Below are positions 1 to 10,161 of a DNA stretch of 64,000 nucleotides, piece by piece. Within the stretch, counting starts at the first letter, position 1. Each line of letters opens with the position of its first letter. Where the stretch lies: positions 160,001-224,000 of the forward strand of contig CAVTUQ010000007.1 of NCBI GenBank assembly GCA_963737905.1, in the 5' to 3' direction. A program made the position numbers and the translations under genes. The DNA is from an uncultured delta proteobacterium. GTDB taxonomy: Bacteria > Desulfobacterota > Binatia > UBA9968. Under the pieces are notes generated by a model that worked only from the letters and a program-made list of their open reading frames with translations, was not told the origin of the DNA and made no database searches.

Positions 1-92
1 TAGCCTTGATTGTCGCTACTCATAATCGGGAATTCGCCCAGAGAATTGGTCGTCAGGTGGAGCTTCAAAGCGGGAAGCTGGTCCGTTCATGA
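1..92 (+). CDS. lolD: C-terminal fragment of ABC transporter ATP-binding protein, probably LolD (partial at window edge)
   Basis: Not in ORF track. Frame starting at 3 reads ALIVATHNREFAQRIGRQVELQSGKLVRS*, with the ABC H-loop (VATHN). Position upstream of bamA fits lolD. TGA at 90-92. Confidence 0.65.
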   Translation, partial: ALIVATHNREFAQRIGRQVELQSGKLVRS

Positions 93-181
93 GATCGAGC
101 CGAAGAATTAGCTTTACAAAAGTATTTGAATTTGTTACAAAAAGAGACCTTAGACGCGATTCCCATGGCTATCTACCGGTC

Positions 182-2563
182 ATGAAACCCCGATCAGAAT
201 TCCATCGATTTTGGTTTCTAATTTTTCTCCTTATACTCGGTCCTTTAATGGGCTCTTCTAGTACGGGTATCGCCCAAGACAAGGTCGTCTTGAAAGAGGT
301 CAAGATTTCGGGAAACCTGAGAGTTGAGGAGGACGGGATTCGCCTGCACATCAAGAACCGTCCGGGAGAGCTATTCGATCGGGCCGTCGTTGAGCAAGAC
401 GTCAAGGCTATTTATCGCATGGGTTTCTTTGAAGATGTTCAAGCGGAAATTTCACCGGACGGTGTTTTGACCTATACGGTGAAGGAAAAGCCCTACGTCC
501 GGGAAATTAAGATACAGGGCAATTCGCAGATTGGACGAGACAAGATCGAGACAGCCCTTGGAGTAACTCCCAGAACGATTCTTGACCGCGGTAGAGTAGC
601 GGAGGGAGTAGACAAGGTTAGAAAGCTTTATAACGAGCAGGGCTATGTCAATGCTAAAGTGGACTATGCGCTTTCTGTCGAGTCCAGCAATCAAGCGGTG
701 TTGGTGTTGGATATTATTGAAGGAACTCGACTTCTTATCAAAAAGATTTCATTTGAGGGTAATCGAACCTTCAGCGGCGGGGAACTCAAGGGATTGATGG
801 CCACGAAAGAGGAGTGGATTTTCTCTTTTGTAACCAATCGTGGAGTTTTGGACCGTGATATCCTGACGAACGATATCGCGATCTTGTCAAATCATTATTA
901 TGATCACGGCTATATCGATCATAAAATCGATGAGCCGATTATCCTCAGAGATCGAGACGGGCTTGAAGTGGTCATCCGGGTCGACGAGGGACAACAGTAC
1001 CGTGTGGGCAAGGTCGAGATTGGCGGCGAACTCATACAAGACGGCAAGCAGATGTTAAAGCAAGTGAAGCTGACAACAGGGCAGATTTTCCGGGGAAGCC
1101 GCCTCCGCGAAGACATTTCCTCGATCACGGATATGTATTCCGATAAGGGCTTCGCGTTTGTGCAGGTAGATCCTGTCACTAAAGTCAACGCGTCAGAGAA
1201 AAAGGTCGATGTAGCCTTGGTCATTACCAAAGGACCGCCGGTTTACTTCAACCGCGTCCTGATTGCCGGAAATACGAAGACTAGGGACAAAGTCGTGCGC
1301 CGAGAGCTCGAGGCAACGGAACAAGAACTCTATTCCGGCGCTAAGATTACGCAGAGCCGTAATGCCCTTCAACGAACGGGATATTTTGAAGACGTTCAAT
1401 TGACGACTAAGAAAACCGCTCAACCAGACACGGTTGACTTGCTGGTGGACGTCAAGGAGGGACCCACCGGGACCTTCAGCATCGGGGCGGGATACAGCGG
1501 CGGTAATGGGTTCTTGTTCAACGCGGGCATCTCGGAAAAAAATCTTTTCGGCCGTGGGCAAAGCGTCAACGGAAACTTTGCAATCGGATCCAAGCAACAG
1601 GATTTTGTCTTTAGCTTTAACGAGCCCTATCTCAATGATACCAAGGTCGCTTTGGGAGTCACGGGCTATAATACGCAGACGGACTATCCTGACTTTAATG
1701 AGAGAAAACTCGGCATGGCTGTGAGCACCAGTTATCCGTTAAAGGGCTTTACGTTTCCGGTTTGGGGGGACCGCAAGACCGAAGCGTCAATAGGGAGCGA
1801 CGAATTGAATCGCGACCCTCCCCTGACCATGTGGGATTACATGCGCGGCACGATGGCCTATGAATTTACAAAAGATACGATAAGCAACATTGAATCCGGG
1901 GCACCCGCTTCCATAGTCGATGCCAAGGGGAGTTCTCTGACCAGCGCGGTAATACCGGGTTTCACCTATGACAGCCGGGATCATTTCTTCAATCCGACAG
2001 AAGGAACCAAGTCCCTTTTCTCGGTCAAGTTGGCCGGATTGGGCGGCGATAGTCGCTTCATAAAAACTGACCTCGGTGCCCGCTGGTATTATCCGCTCTT
2101 CAAAGATCCTAACTGGGGAGGATCCTACGTTTTGTCCTTGGGCGGGGCGTTGGGTTATGGTATTGGATACGCCAATTCTAGCAGCGCGGGTCACGATCTT
2201 CCCCTCTTCGAGCGCTACTTCCCTGGCGGAATCAATTCCGTGCGGGGTTATGCCGATCGGAGCTTAGGTCCCAAAGAAAACGGTGACGTTGTCGGTGGTG
2301 ACAAGCAGGCCATTGCGAATGTTGAAATTCTGTTTCCAATCGCCGAGCAGTTCGGCCTGCGGGGCGTAGCTTTTTTTGATATCGGTCAAGCCTTTGCATC
2401 ATACCAGGACATAAGTTGGGGTGAGTTCCGCAGGTCCGTTGGGTTTGGCGCGCGTTGGATGTCTCCTTTTGGCCCTCTCAGAGTGGAACTCGGATTCCCG
2501 CTTAACAAAAAACCCGGCGATGACACTTCCGTGCTCGGGTTTTCGGCTGGCAATCTGCCGTAG
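182..2563 (+). CDS. bamA: Outer membrane protein assembly factor BamA
   Basis: POTRA repeats (GNxRV, GNTKTRDKVVRRE), barrel start GTFSIGAGYS, L6 motif VRGY, SPFGPL near the C-terminus. ATG 182 gives a good signal peptide, although the ORF is open from 89. Confidence 0.95.
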   Translation: MKPRSEFHRFWFLIFLLILGPLMGSSSTGIAQDKVVLKEVKISGNLRVEEDGIRLHIKNRPGELFDRAVVEQDVKAIYRMGFFEDVQAEISPDGVLTYTVKEKPYVREIKIQGNSQIGRDKIETALGVTPRTILDRGRVAEGVDKVRKLYNEQGYVNAKVDYALSVESSNQAVLVLDIIEGTRLLIKKISFEGNRTFSGGELKGLMATKEEWIFSFVTNRGVLDRDILTNDIAILSNHYYDHGYIDHKIDEPIILRDRDGLEVVIRVDEGQQYRVGKVEIGGELIQDGKQMLKQVKLTTGQIFRGSRLREDISSITDMYSDKGFAFVQVDPVTKVNASEKKVDVALVITKGPPVYFNRVLIAGNTKTRDKVVRRELEATEQELYSGAKITQSRNALQRTGYFEDVQLTTKKTAQPDTVDLLVDVKEGPTGTFSIGAGYSGGNGFLFNAGISEKNLFGRGQSVNGNFAIGSKQQDFVFSFNEPYLNDTKVALGVTGYNTQTDYPDFNERKLGMAVSTSYPLKGFTFPVWGDRKTEASIGSDELNRDPPLTMWDYMRGTMAYEFTKDTISNIESGAPASIVDAKGSSLTSAVIPGFTYDSRDHFFNPTEGTKSLFSVKLAGLGGDSRFIKTDLGARWYYPLFKDPNWGGSYVLSLGGALGYGIGYANSSSAGHDLPLFERYFPGGINSVRGYADRSLGPKENGDVVGGDKQAIANVEILFPIAEQFGLRGVAFFDIGQAFASYQDISWGEFRRSVGFGARWMSPFGPLRVELGFPLNKKPGDDTSVLGFSAGNLP

Positions 2564-2621
2564 CGTGGCGCGTATTTTCGTTATTTCACCTGCCTAAATC
2601 GCAGCAATTCGGAGGACCCAA

Positions 2622-3134
2622 GTGAGATATTTTCTAGTTGTTATCTGTTTGTTTCTCTCTGCTGGAGTCGGTTGGTCGCAAGACAAGGTCAAGATCGGAT
2701 TCATCGACGTTCAACGTGCCATCAGCGAGTCGCAAGCCGGAAAGCGAGCTAAGGAAAGGTTCCAGGCCCAGGTTAAAAAAGCCGAGGCCGATCTGTTAAG
2801 AGAAAAACAGGAAATCGAACGGTTGAAGGCCGATCTCGACAAGAAGGGGCCTCTGATCAAAGACGAAGAAAAACGAAATTTAGAAGCCGACCTTCAGCGG
2901 CGCTATGTCAGTTATCAACGAGGCATGCAGGATCAGCAGCAGGACCTCCGGCAGAAAGAAGGTGAAATGACCACCGATATACTCAAAGAATTGGAGAAAA
3001 TTGTCAACGAGGTGGGGAAGGCGGAAAAATTTACTTTGATTTTGGAGCGCTCACAGATCCTGTACAGCGACCAGGGTATTGATATCACGAACCGAGTCAT
3101 AGAAGCTTATAATGCTCGAAGTAAGTCCAAGTGA
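2622..3134 (+). CDS. skp: Periplasmic chaperone Skp/OmpH
   Basis: Signal peptide, KIGFIDVQRAI start, coiled-coil body, DITNRVI end; located between bamA and lpxD. Confidence 0.93.
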   Translation: MRYFLVVICLFLSAGVGWSQDKVKIGFIDVQRAISESQAGKRAKERFQAQVKKAEADLLREKQEIERLKADLDKKGPLIKDEEKRNLEADLQRRYVSYQRGMQDQQQDLRQKEGEMTTDILKELEKIVNEVGKAEKFTLILERSQILYSDQGIDITNRVIEAYNARSKSK

Positions 3135-4189
3135 CTGCGGCAGGGAAAACTCTATCTGAACTAGCCCAGCAGGTCGGGGGAAGAGTTGTCGGCGACGGGC
3201 GCATCGTCATCCGCAAGGCTGCGTCGATCGAAGAGGCTGGGCCCGGTGAAATTACTTTCCTCGCAAACCCTCGCTATCAGCCCTTGCTCGCCTCTTGTAA
3301 GGCGAGCGCGGTCATCGTAGGCCCCGGCATCGCTCTTGAATCCCGACACCACAGGAATTATCTAGAGGCTTCGGATCCCTATGTCGCCTTCGCCAAGATT
3401 TTGCAGTTATTCAATCCGCCGGCGAGTTACAATGAAAGTATCAGTTCCCAGACGAATATCGATCCTGCAGCCGCTTTAGAAGCGGGGGTGACAATCTTCC
3501 CTCACGTCTTTGTGGGTAAAGGAGCACGCGTGGGGGCAAGGAGCGTACTTTATCCAGGTGTATTTCTGGGAGAACACGTTCAAGTTGGACAAGATTGTGT
3601 GCTGCATCCGAATGTCGTTGTCCGCGACGGATGTCGGATTGGAAACCGCGTGGTATTGCATGCCGGAGTCGTCATAGGAAGCGATGGGTTTGGATATGCG
3701 GGGGAGGGTAAGCTGCGGGTTAAAATTCCACAAGTGGGAATCGTGGAATTAGAAGACGATGTGGAGATAGGTGCCAACACCACAGTAGACCGTGCTACCC
3801 TTGGAAGAACCCTCATTGGCAGGGGCGTCAAAATCGACAACCTGGTCCAGATCGCGCATAATGTCCTTGTCGGTGAAAATTCGATTATTGCCGCGCAAGC
3901 GGGCATAGCCGGAAGCACTCGAATCGGTAAGGATGTTATGCTGGGCGGCCGCGTTGGCATCATCAATCACTTGACCATAGGGGATGGCGCCAGGATTGGA
4001 CCGGGGTCGGGTATTCTCCAGTCCGTTCCACCTGGAGTTATGCGGTCGAGCGGGCTCCATGCTGCGCCTCATCGAGAATGGCTTAAGGTCATTACGCTCT
4101 TGCCGCAATTGCCGAGATTGTGGGCTGCTGTCCGGCATCTGGAGAAGAAGGTGTCTGAGCTAATCAAGTCAAGCCACAAGGAATCGTAA
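3131..4189 (+). CDS. lpxD: UDP-3-O-acylglucosamine N-acyltransferase
   Basis: Hexapeptide repeats, GSDGFGY, DRATLG, KIDNLVQIAHN. Confidence 0.96.
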   Translation: MTAAGKTLSELAQQVGGRVVGDGRIVIRKAASIEEAGPGEITFLANPRYQPLLASCKASAVIVGPGIALESRHHRNYLEASDPYVAFAKILQLFNPPASYNESISSQTNIDPAAALEAGVTIFPHVFVGKGARVGARSVLYPGVFLGEHVQVGQDCVLHPNVVVRDGCRIGNRVVLHAGVVIGSDGFGYAGEGKLRVKIPQVGIVELEDDVEIGANTTVDRATLGRTLIGRGVKIDNLVQIAHNVLVGENSIIAAQAGIAGSTRIGKDVMLGGRVGIINHLTIGDGARIGPGSGILQSVPPGVMRSSGLHAAPHREWLKVITLLPQLPRLWAAVRHLEKKVSELIKSSHKES

Positions 4190-4193
4190 ACAG

Positions 4194-4631
4194 ATGCTGG
4201 ACGTTAAAGAGATTCTTAAATATATCCCTCACCGCTACCCGTTTCTGCTTGTAGACCGTATCGTCGAAATACACGGGGAAGACAGAATTGTCGGGATTAA
4301 GAATGTTTCCTTTAACGAACCTTTCTTTCAGGGGCATTTTCCCGCCCGCCCGGTTATGCCCGGAGTTCTTATATGCGAAGCCATGGCACAAGTCGGGGCG
4401 ATATTTGCACACAACGCACGCGGCGGAATGAATAGCGGCAAAGTCTTCGTCTTAACAGGGCTCGAACGCGTGAAGTTCAAGCGCCCGGTGGAACCGGGCG
4501 ATCAACTGCGATTGGAATTGTCCTGTTTGAAACGTCGCGGCTCCTTCTGGAAAATGCAAGGCGTCGCCACCGTCGATGGGAAAGTTGTTGCGCAAGCTGA
4601 AATCTCCGCCATGGAAATAGATATGCTTTAG
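4194..4631 (+). CDS. fabZ: 3-hydroxyacyl-ACP dehydratase
   Basis: IPHRYPFLLVDR and FFQGHFP..PVMPGVLICEAMAQ motifs. Confidence 0.97.
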   Translation: MLDVKEILKYIPHRYPFLLVDRIVEIHGEDRIVGIKNVSFNEPFFQGHFPARPVMPGVLICEAMAQVGAIFAHNARGGMNSGKVFVLTGLERVKFKRPVEPGDQLRLELSCLKRRGSFWKMQGVATVDGKVVAQAEISAMEIDML

Positions 4632-4658
4632 CCTTTCGGGTGAAGGACTGTTCCAAGC

Positions 4659-5435
4659 ATGACAAGGATTCATGAAACGGCCGTGGTTGACCGGCGTGCG
4701 GAGATCGATTCTGATGTCGAGATTGGACCGTATTCAATTGTCGGTGGATGCGTAAGGATCGGCAGGGGGTCACGGATCAAATCTCACGTCGTGATCGAAG
4801 GGCGAACGACTCTGGGCGAGGGTAACGTCATTTTTCAGTTCGCCACGGTGGGTTCGGTGCCCCAGGATTTGAAATACAAAGGAGAGCCTAGCGAGCTTAT
4901 TGTCGGCAATCGCAATACGATTCGCGAGTTCGTTTCCATCAATCCTGGAACCCAGGGAGGTGGAATGGTAACCCGGATTGGGGACCGCAACCTACTCATG
5001 ATGTATTGCCATATCGCCCATGACTGCCTCTTGGGTAACCATAATATCATCGCTAATGGAGCAACATTAGGAGGGCACGTCGTGATCGAAGACTATGTCA
5101 TCGTCGGCGGGCTCGTCGGAATTCATCAGTTTACGAGGATCGGCAGCGGGGTTATTTTAGGCGCAGGGTCGATGGTGTCGAAGGACGTGCCACCCTATTG
5201 TAATGCGACCGGCGATCGGGCCCGGCTGCGGGGCCTCAATTTGGAGGGGCTGAAGCGCCGGCGGGTGGAAAAGGAAACAGTTGAAGCGTTAAGGAAAGCG
5301 TATCGAATTTTGTTCCGCTCAAAATTAAAGACCCGAGATGCGATCGTGAAAGTTCGACAAGAATTGCCCGGCTGTGCCGAGGCGGAGCAGTTGGTGACCT
5401 TCGTCGAAAACTCCCAACGAGGCGTCTGTCGTTAA
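4659..5435 (+). CDS. lpxA: Acyl-ACP--UDP-N-acetylglucosamine O-acyltransferase
   Basis: Hexapeptide repeats, PQDLKYKGE, HIAHDC, GIHQFTRIG. Confidence 0.96.
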   Translation: MTRIHETAVVDRRAEIDSDVEIGPYSIVGGCVRIGRGSRIKSHVVIEGRTTLGEGNVIFQFATVGSVPQDLKYKGEPSELIVGNRNTIREFVSINPGTQGGGMVTRIGDRNLLMMYCHIAHDCLLGNHNIIANGATLGGHVVIEDYVIVGGLVGIHQFTRIGSGVILGAGSMVSKDVPPYCNATGDRARLRGLNLEGLKRRRVEKETVEALRKAYRILFRSKLKTRDAIVKVRQELPGCAEAEQLVTFVENSQRGVCR

Positions 5436-5463
5436 CGGCCGGCAGCCCGTTTTATTACCACCC

Positions 5464-6270
5464 GTGAAAAAATTAGGGTTGATTGCGGGGAATGGAAAGT
5501 TTCCCCTTATTTTCGCGGAGCAAGCAACCAAGGAAGGCTATTCCTTGGTGGCCGTTGCGCATCGAGGCGAAACCGTCAAAGAAATAGACGATCTTCTGGA
5601 AGATGTTACGTGGATCTATGTCGGGCAGTTAGGAAAAATGATCCGGACATTTCTCCGTGCCGGAATTACGGAGGCGGTGATGGCCGGGGGGATTCATAAA
5701 GTTAAATTTCTGGAGAATTTTCGACCCGACCTGCGCGGGGCGAGGTTTTTGGCTCGGATCAAGAGCAAGGACGATGACGCGTTGCTTCGAGGTGTGGCTG
5801 AAGAGTTGGAAAGTGAAGGAATCAAGATTTTAAAGTCGACCCTCTGTGTGCCTCAGATCGTTGCCTCCGAAGGAGTCTTAACCCTACGCTCGCCGAGCGC
5901 AGCGGAGTGGGAGGATGTCCGGTTTGGGTTTCGCGTTGCCAAGGAAATCGGTCGCCTCGGTATAGGACAAACGATCGTGGTCAAGAAGCAAATCGTTGTC
6001 GCCGTGGAGGCCTTGGAAGGAACGGACGCCGCTATTGAGCGAGGCGGCAAGTTAGCCAGGTCAGGGTTTGTAGTCGTCAAAGTGAGCAAACCAGAGCAGG
6101 ATCTTCGATTCGATGTCCCGGCCGTCGGCGTTGCAACTCTGAGGCAACTTCGTGAGGCGGGTGGAACCGTGCTGGCCGTGGAGGCTGGCAAGACGATTCT
6201 TCTGGAGAAGGAGTTGTTACTCAAAAAGGCCGAGGAGCTCGGAGTTTCAGTGGTGGCACTCTGTGATTGA
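5464..6270 (+). CDS. lpxI: UDP-2,3-diacylglucosamine pyrophosphatase LpxI
   Basis: LGLIAGNGKFP, IGQTIVV, AVEALEGTD, KP.QDLRFDVPAVG; position after lpxA. Confidence 0.92.
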   Translation: MKKLGLIAGNGKFPLIFAEQATKEGYSLVAVAHRGETVKEIDDLLEDVTWIYVGQLGKMIRTFLRAGITEAVMAGGIHKVKFLENFRPDLRGARFLARIKSKDDDALLRGVAEELESEGIKILKSTLCVPQIVASEGVLTLRSPSAAEWEDVRFGFRVAKEIGRLGIGQTIVVKKQIVVAVEALEGTDAAIERGGKLARSGFVVVKVSKPEQDLRFDVPAVGVATLRQLREAGGTVLAVEAGKTILLEKELLLKKAEELGVSVVALCD

Positions 6271-7195
6271 TCCGTCCAAAGTCGCCACCGCCGTTGTCGG
6301 CGTGGGCTATGTGGGAAAGTTCCACGCGGAAAAGTATGCAAGTTCCGGAAAGGCGAGTCTAGTCGCGGTAGCAGATATTGACAAAGGGCGGGCGGAGTCG
6401 GTGGCGAGTCAACTGGGCACGGCGACGCTTACGGACTATCGGGAGTTGGTGGGGCGAGTTCGGTGCGTCAGCGTCGCCGTGCCGACGCGCCTGCACTATG
6501 AAATTGCGAGTTATTTCCTCAAAAATGGCATAGATGTTTTGGTCGAGAAGCCAATCGCAGCCGATATCGACCAGGGCCGAGAGCTGGTGGATTTGGCAGG
6601 CGTCAAAGGACTCATTCTCCAAGTAGGGCATCTGGAACGCTTTAATCCCGCTATCCGTCGCCTCGAAAATGTCATTCAAGAACCTCGATTCGTGGAGTGC
6701 CATCGGCTCGCGCCGTTCGTCGAACGAGGCACGGATGTGGATGTGGTCTTGGATCTCATGATCCACGACATCGATGTCATCGCCAGCCTGGTACGCTCCA
6801 CCGTTGATCAGGTAGAAGCCGTCGGGGTGGCGGTGCTGACGGACAAGCCCGATATAGCGAACGCACGAATCAAATTCTCGAACGGTTGTATCGCCAATAT
6901 AACCGCGAGCCGCGTCTCCATAAAGCGCGAGCGTAAGATCCGATTCTTTCAACCGGACGCCTATCTTTCCATCGACTATGATCAGAGACGGGCGCAAATT
7001 TTTCACAAGCCGCCCCCAGGCGGAGGGTGGACGGATATTCGTGCTGAAACGATCGAGATTAAGGAGGCCGATGCCTTGGCCGACGAGATCGATTCGTTTC
7101 TTGATTGTGTGCGAACCCGATCGCTCCCATTGGTCAGTGGCGCGGAAGGACTACGGGCTCTGGAAATTGCGTCGATGATCAGCGAGCAACTGTAA
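6263..7195 (+). CDS. Gfo/Idh/MocA oxidoreductase, GnnA-like (UDP-GlcNAc 3-dehydrogenase candidate)
   Basis: VVGVGYVG, LVEKPIA, QVGHLERFNPA, DLMIHDID motifs; GTG 6263 overlaps the lpxI stop; sits between lpxI and lpxB. Confidence 0.85.
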   Translation: MIDPSKVATAVVGVGYVGKFHAEKYASSGKASLVAVADIDKGRAESVASQLGTATLTDYRELVGRVRCVSVAVPTRLHYEIASYFLKNGIDVLVEKPIAADIDQGRELVDLAGVKGLILQVGHLERFNPAIRRLENVIQEPRFVECHRLAPFVERGTDVDVVLDLMIHDIDVIASLVRSTVDQVEAVGVAVLTDKPDIANARIKFSNGCIANITASRVSIKRERKIRFFQPDAYLSIDYDQRRAQIFHKPPPGGGWTDIRAETIEIKEADALADEIDSFLDCVRTRSLPLVSGAEGLRALEIASMISEQL

Positions 7196-7221
7196 GATGC
7201 GGTTTAGAGTCCGGTTTCAAA

Positions 7222-8394
7222 ATGGTCAGACAATCAAAGCAAGTCATGCTGGTCGTGGGAGAAGCCTCCGGAGATGTTCATGGTGCTCATCTGGTCAAGG
7301 CGCTCCGGGATAAGGATCAAACGCTGCGATTTTTCGGTGTTGCGGGTGAACAATTAAAGCAGACCCATTTTGAGGCGCTTTTTGACGTATCAGAACTCGC
7401 CGGCATGGGATTGGTCGAACTTGCCGGCCATCTGCGTAATATTTGGCGGGCCTACCTTACTTTGCGCCATGCCCTGCGCGACCGAAGACCGGACCTGTTG
7501 GTGTTGATTGATTTTCCGGAATTTAATTTGAGGTTGGCGAAACTTGCCAAGCAACTAAAGATACCTGTTCTTTATTACATTAGCCCACAGATCTGGGCAT
7601 GGCGACGAGGTCGGGTTCGTCAGATCGCCAGATATGTCGATCATATGGCTGTCGTGTTTCCGTTTGAAGTGCCGTTTTACGAAAAGCGGAGGGTCCAAGT
7701 CAGCTTTGTCGGTCACCCTTTGCTCGATATCGTTCATTCGCGAGAGCCCCGCGAGTCTGTGTTAGGACGGCTCGCTTTGGATGCGGGGAAGCGAACCATC
7801 GCCATTCTGCCGGGGAGTCGTCGGGGCGAAGTCTCGTATCATCTCCCGGTGTTGCTGGACGCGGCATTGCGACTCAGTAAGGTCTCAGAGATCCAGTTTT
7901 TTGTGATTCGCGCCAGCACGGTGGGTCGTCAAGAGGTAGAATCGCTTTTGGATCGGGTTCCCTTAAAGATTCCGATCGTTGAAGACAAGCGCTACGACGC
8001 CTTGAATGCCTGTGATTTGGCATGGACGGCATCAGGCACGGTTACCCTGGAGGCGGCATTGCTTTTGAAGCCTATGATTGTTGTTTACCGGTTGTCGTGG
8101 CTCACCTACTCCCTCGCGAGAATGCTGGTCAAGATTAGACATGTCGGGATTGTAAATATTATGGTGGGTAAGGAGATCGTCCCTGAACTCATCCAAGCTG
8201 ATTTTACAGCGGCGGGAATTGTAAAGGAAACACGGAGTTTACTGGAGAACCAGGACCTGCGGGACAGAATGGTTAGAAAGCTGATCACCTTGCGAGAAAA
8301 ACTGGGCACGCCCGGGGCGGCCGATCGGGTCGCCGATATCGCCCTGTCCATCATGGGTAAAGCCCCCCGCGTGGCGATCGAGGAGATTTCTTGA
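7222..8394 (+). CDS. lpxB: Lipid-A-disaccharide synthase
   Basis: VGEASGD.HGA, IDFPEFN, YYISPQIWAWR, LPGSRRGE, ASGTVTLE. Confidence 0.96.
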   Translation: MVRQSKQVMLVVGEASGDVHGAHLVKALRDKDQTLRFFGVAGEQLKQTHFEALFDVSELAGMGLVELAGHLRNIWRAYLTLRHALRDRRPDLLVLIDFPEFNLRLAKLAKQLKIPVLYYISPQIWAWRRGRVRQIARYVDHMAVVFPFEVPFYEKRRVQVSFVGHPLLDIVHSREPRESVLGRLALDAGKRTIAILPGSRRGEVSYHLPVLLDAALRLSKVSEIQFFVIRASTVGRQEVESLLDRVPLKIPIVEDKRYDALNACDLAWTASGTVTLEAALLLKPMIVVYRLSWLTYSLARMLVKIRHVGIVNIMVGKEIVPELIQADFTAAGIVKETRSLLENQDLRDRMVRKLITLREKLGTPGAADRVADIALSIMGKAPRVAIEEIS

Positions 8395-10145
8395 AAAATT
8401 ACTTGCGATTGTTGCAATATCTCAGACCCTATGTCTGGCCCTATTTCGTGTTGGCGATGGCCTGCATGCTGGGCTACAGCGCTACAGAAGGGGCGTTGCC
8501 CTTTTTGGTCCAGTGGATGATGGATGACGTATTTGTCAAAAAAGATGTGGTCATGCTCTATTACCTTCCACCGACGATTGTCGCGATCTTTGCAATCCGG
8601 GGACTCCTGAATTTTGGCCAAGGTTATTTGAGTGATTATGTCGGACTGCGGATCATCCGGGACGTCCGGGATCTGATGGCCAGGCATCTGCAATTCATGT
8701 CCTTGTCTTTTTTTTCCCGTCATCCCAGCGGCACCTTGATTTCTCGGGTCGCCAGCGATGTTACGCTTCTGCGCTCCGCTTTGACTGATGCCATGGCTTC
8801 GTTTTTGAAGGACACGACCTCGCTTCTCGTACTGGTCGCGGTGGCCTTCATCAAGGATTGGTTTTTGGCGTCGCTGGCGTTTGTGGTTTTTCCGGCCTCC
8901 GTGTTGCCGGTCATGCGGCTAAGTAAGAAAATTAAAAGATTTGCCAGGCGTGGGCAGATCAGTACGGGTAAGTTGACCGTCTTTTTACAGGAGAGCATTC
9001 AAGGCAACCGAATCGTGAAAGCTTTTGGGATGGAAGAGTACGAGCTCCAAAGATTCGCCAAGGAGAATTTCCGGCTATTCAAACAATCCCTACGAGCCAG
9101 CCGCGTCAGAGGGATCGTGACGCCGATGATGGAGTTGCTTGCCGCTTTTGGCATCGGCACCGTCGTGTGGTACGGCGGATCGAGCGTCGTTGCCGGCGGC
9201 CGTACGCCCGGCGAATTCATGGCCTTTATGGCGGCTATGTTTCTCATGTACCAGCCGTTCAAAAACCTCACCCGCACGTACACCGTGCTTCATCAAGGAC
9301 TTGCGGGGGCAGAGCGCGTGTTTGAGATCCTTGACGAACCTCCGAGCATCAAAGACAAGCCAGACGCTAAGATGGCCCCGCGCTTTTCGAAGGCGATCGA
9401 GTTTCATGACGTGAGCTTTGCCTACGGAGCAAAGCCGGTGCTGAGCCGCATTAATCTAACGATCCGAGCGGGCGAGGTGGTTGCCTTGGTGGGCATAAGC
9501 GGTGCCGGGAAAAGCACCCTGGCCGATCTGATTCCTCGCTTCTATGATGTGAACGCGGGCCAAATTACGATTGATGGAATCGATATTCGGGACGTCAGTT
9601 TGGCAACGTTGCGCTCGCAAATCGGCATCGTAACACAACACACGTTTCTCTTTGACGACACGGTACGAAACAATATCGCGTACGGCGATCCGGATCGGGG
9701 TATGGACGCTGTCGTCGCCGCGGCTAAGGCAGCTCATGCGGACGAGTTCATAAGGTCTATGCCAAACGGATACGATTCCCAAATCGGCGAGATGGGCATG
9801 CAGCTGTCCGGGGGCCAGCGGCAAAGGCTGGCGATTGCGCGGGCACTCCTTAAAGATGCGCCGATTCTAATTCTTGACGAAGCCACCTCGGCGCTCGATT
9901 CGGATTCAGAACGAATGGTTCAGGAAGCTCTGGAACATTTGATGACGGAGCGCACGACGCTCGTTATCGCCCATCGCTTATCGACGATAAGGAATGCGGA
10001 TCGCATCCTAGTCTTGGTTGACGGAGCCATCGCCGAGGAGGGAACGCACGAAGAATTGTTGGCTCGAAAGAGCGAATACAGCCGACTTTATTCGTTGCAG
10101 ATGTTGGAGGAAGAAAACTCCCTCAACCCGGAGACGCTTCATTGA
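8391..10145 (+). CDS. msbA: Lipid A export ABC transporter MsbA
   Basis: TM domain plus Walker A GISGAGKST, LSGGQRQR, ILDEATSALD; lies in the lipid A operon. Confidence 0.9.
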   Translation: MKNYLRLLQYLRPYVWPYFVLAMACMLGYSATEGALPFLVQWMMDDVFVKKDVVMLYYLPPTIVAIFAIRGLLNFGQGYLSDYVGLRIIRDVRDLMARHLQFMSLSFFSRHPSGTLISRVASDVTLLRSALTDAMASFLKDTTSLLVLVAVAFIKDWFLASLAFVVFPASVLPVMRLSKKIKRFARRGQISTGKLTVFLQESIQGNRIVKAFGMEEYELQRFAKENFRLFKQSLRASRVRGIVTPMMELLAAFGIGTVVWYGGSSVVAGGRTPGEFMAFMAAMFLMYQPFKNLTRTYTVLHQGLAGAERVFEILDEPPSIKDKPDAKMAPRFSKAIEFHDVSFAYGAKPVLSRINLTIRAGEVVALVGISGAGKSTLADLIPRFYDVNAGQITIDGIDIRDVSLATLRSQIGIVTQHTFLFDDTVRNNIAYGDPDRGMDAVVAAAKAAHADEFIRSMPNGYDSQIGEMGMQLSGGQRQRLAIARALLKDAPILILDEATSALDSDSERMVQEALEHLMTERTTLVIAHRLSTIRNADRILVLVDGAIAEEGTHEELLARKSEYSRLYSLQMLEEENSLNPETLH

Positions 10146-10161
10146 TCTCTGAAGAAAACAG

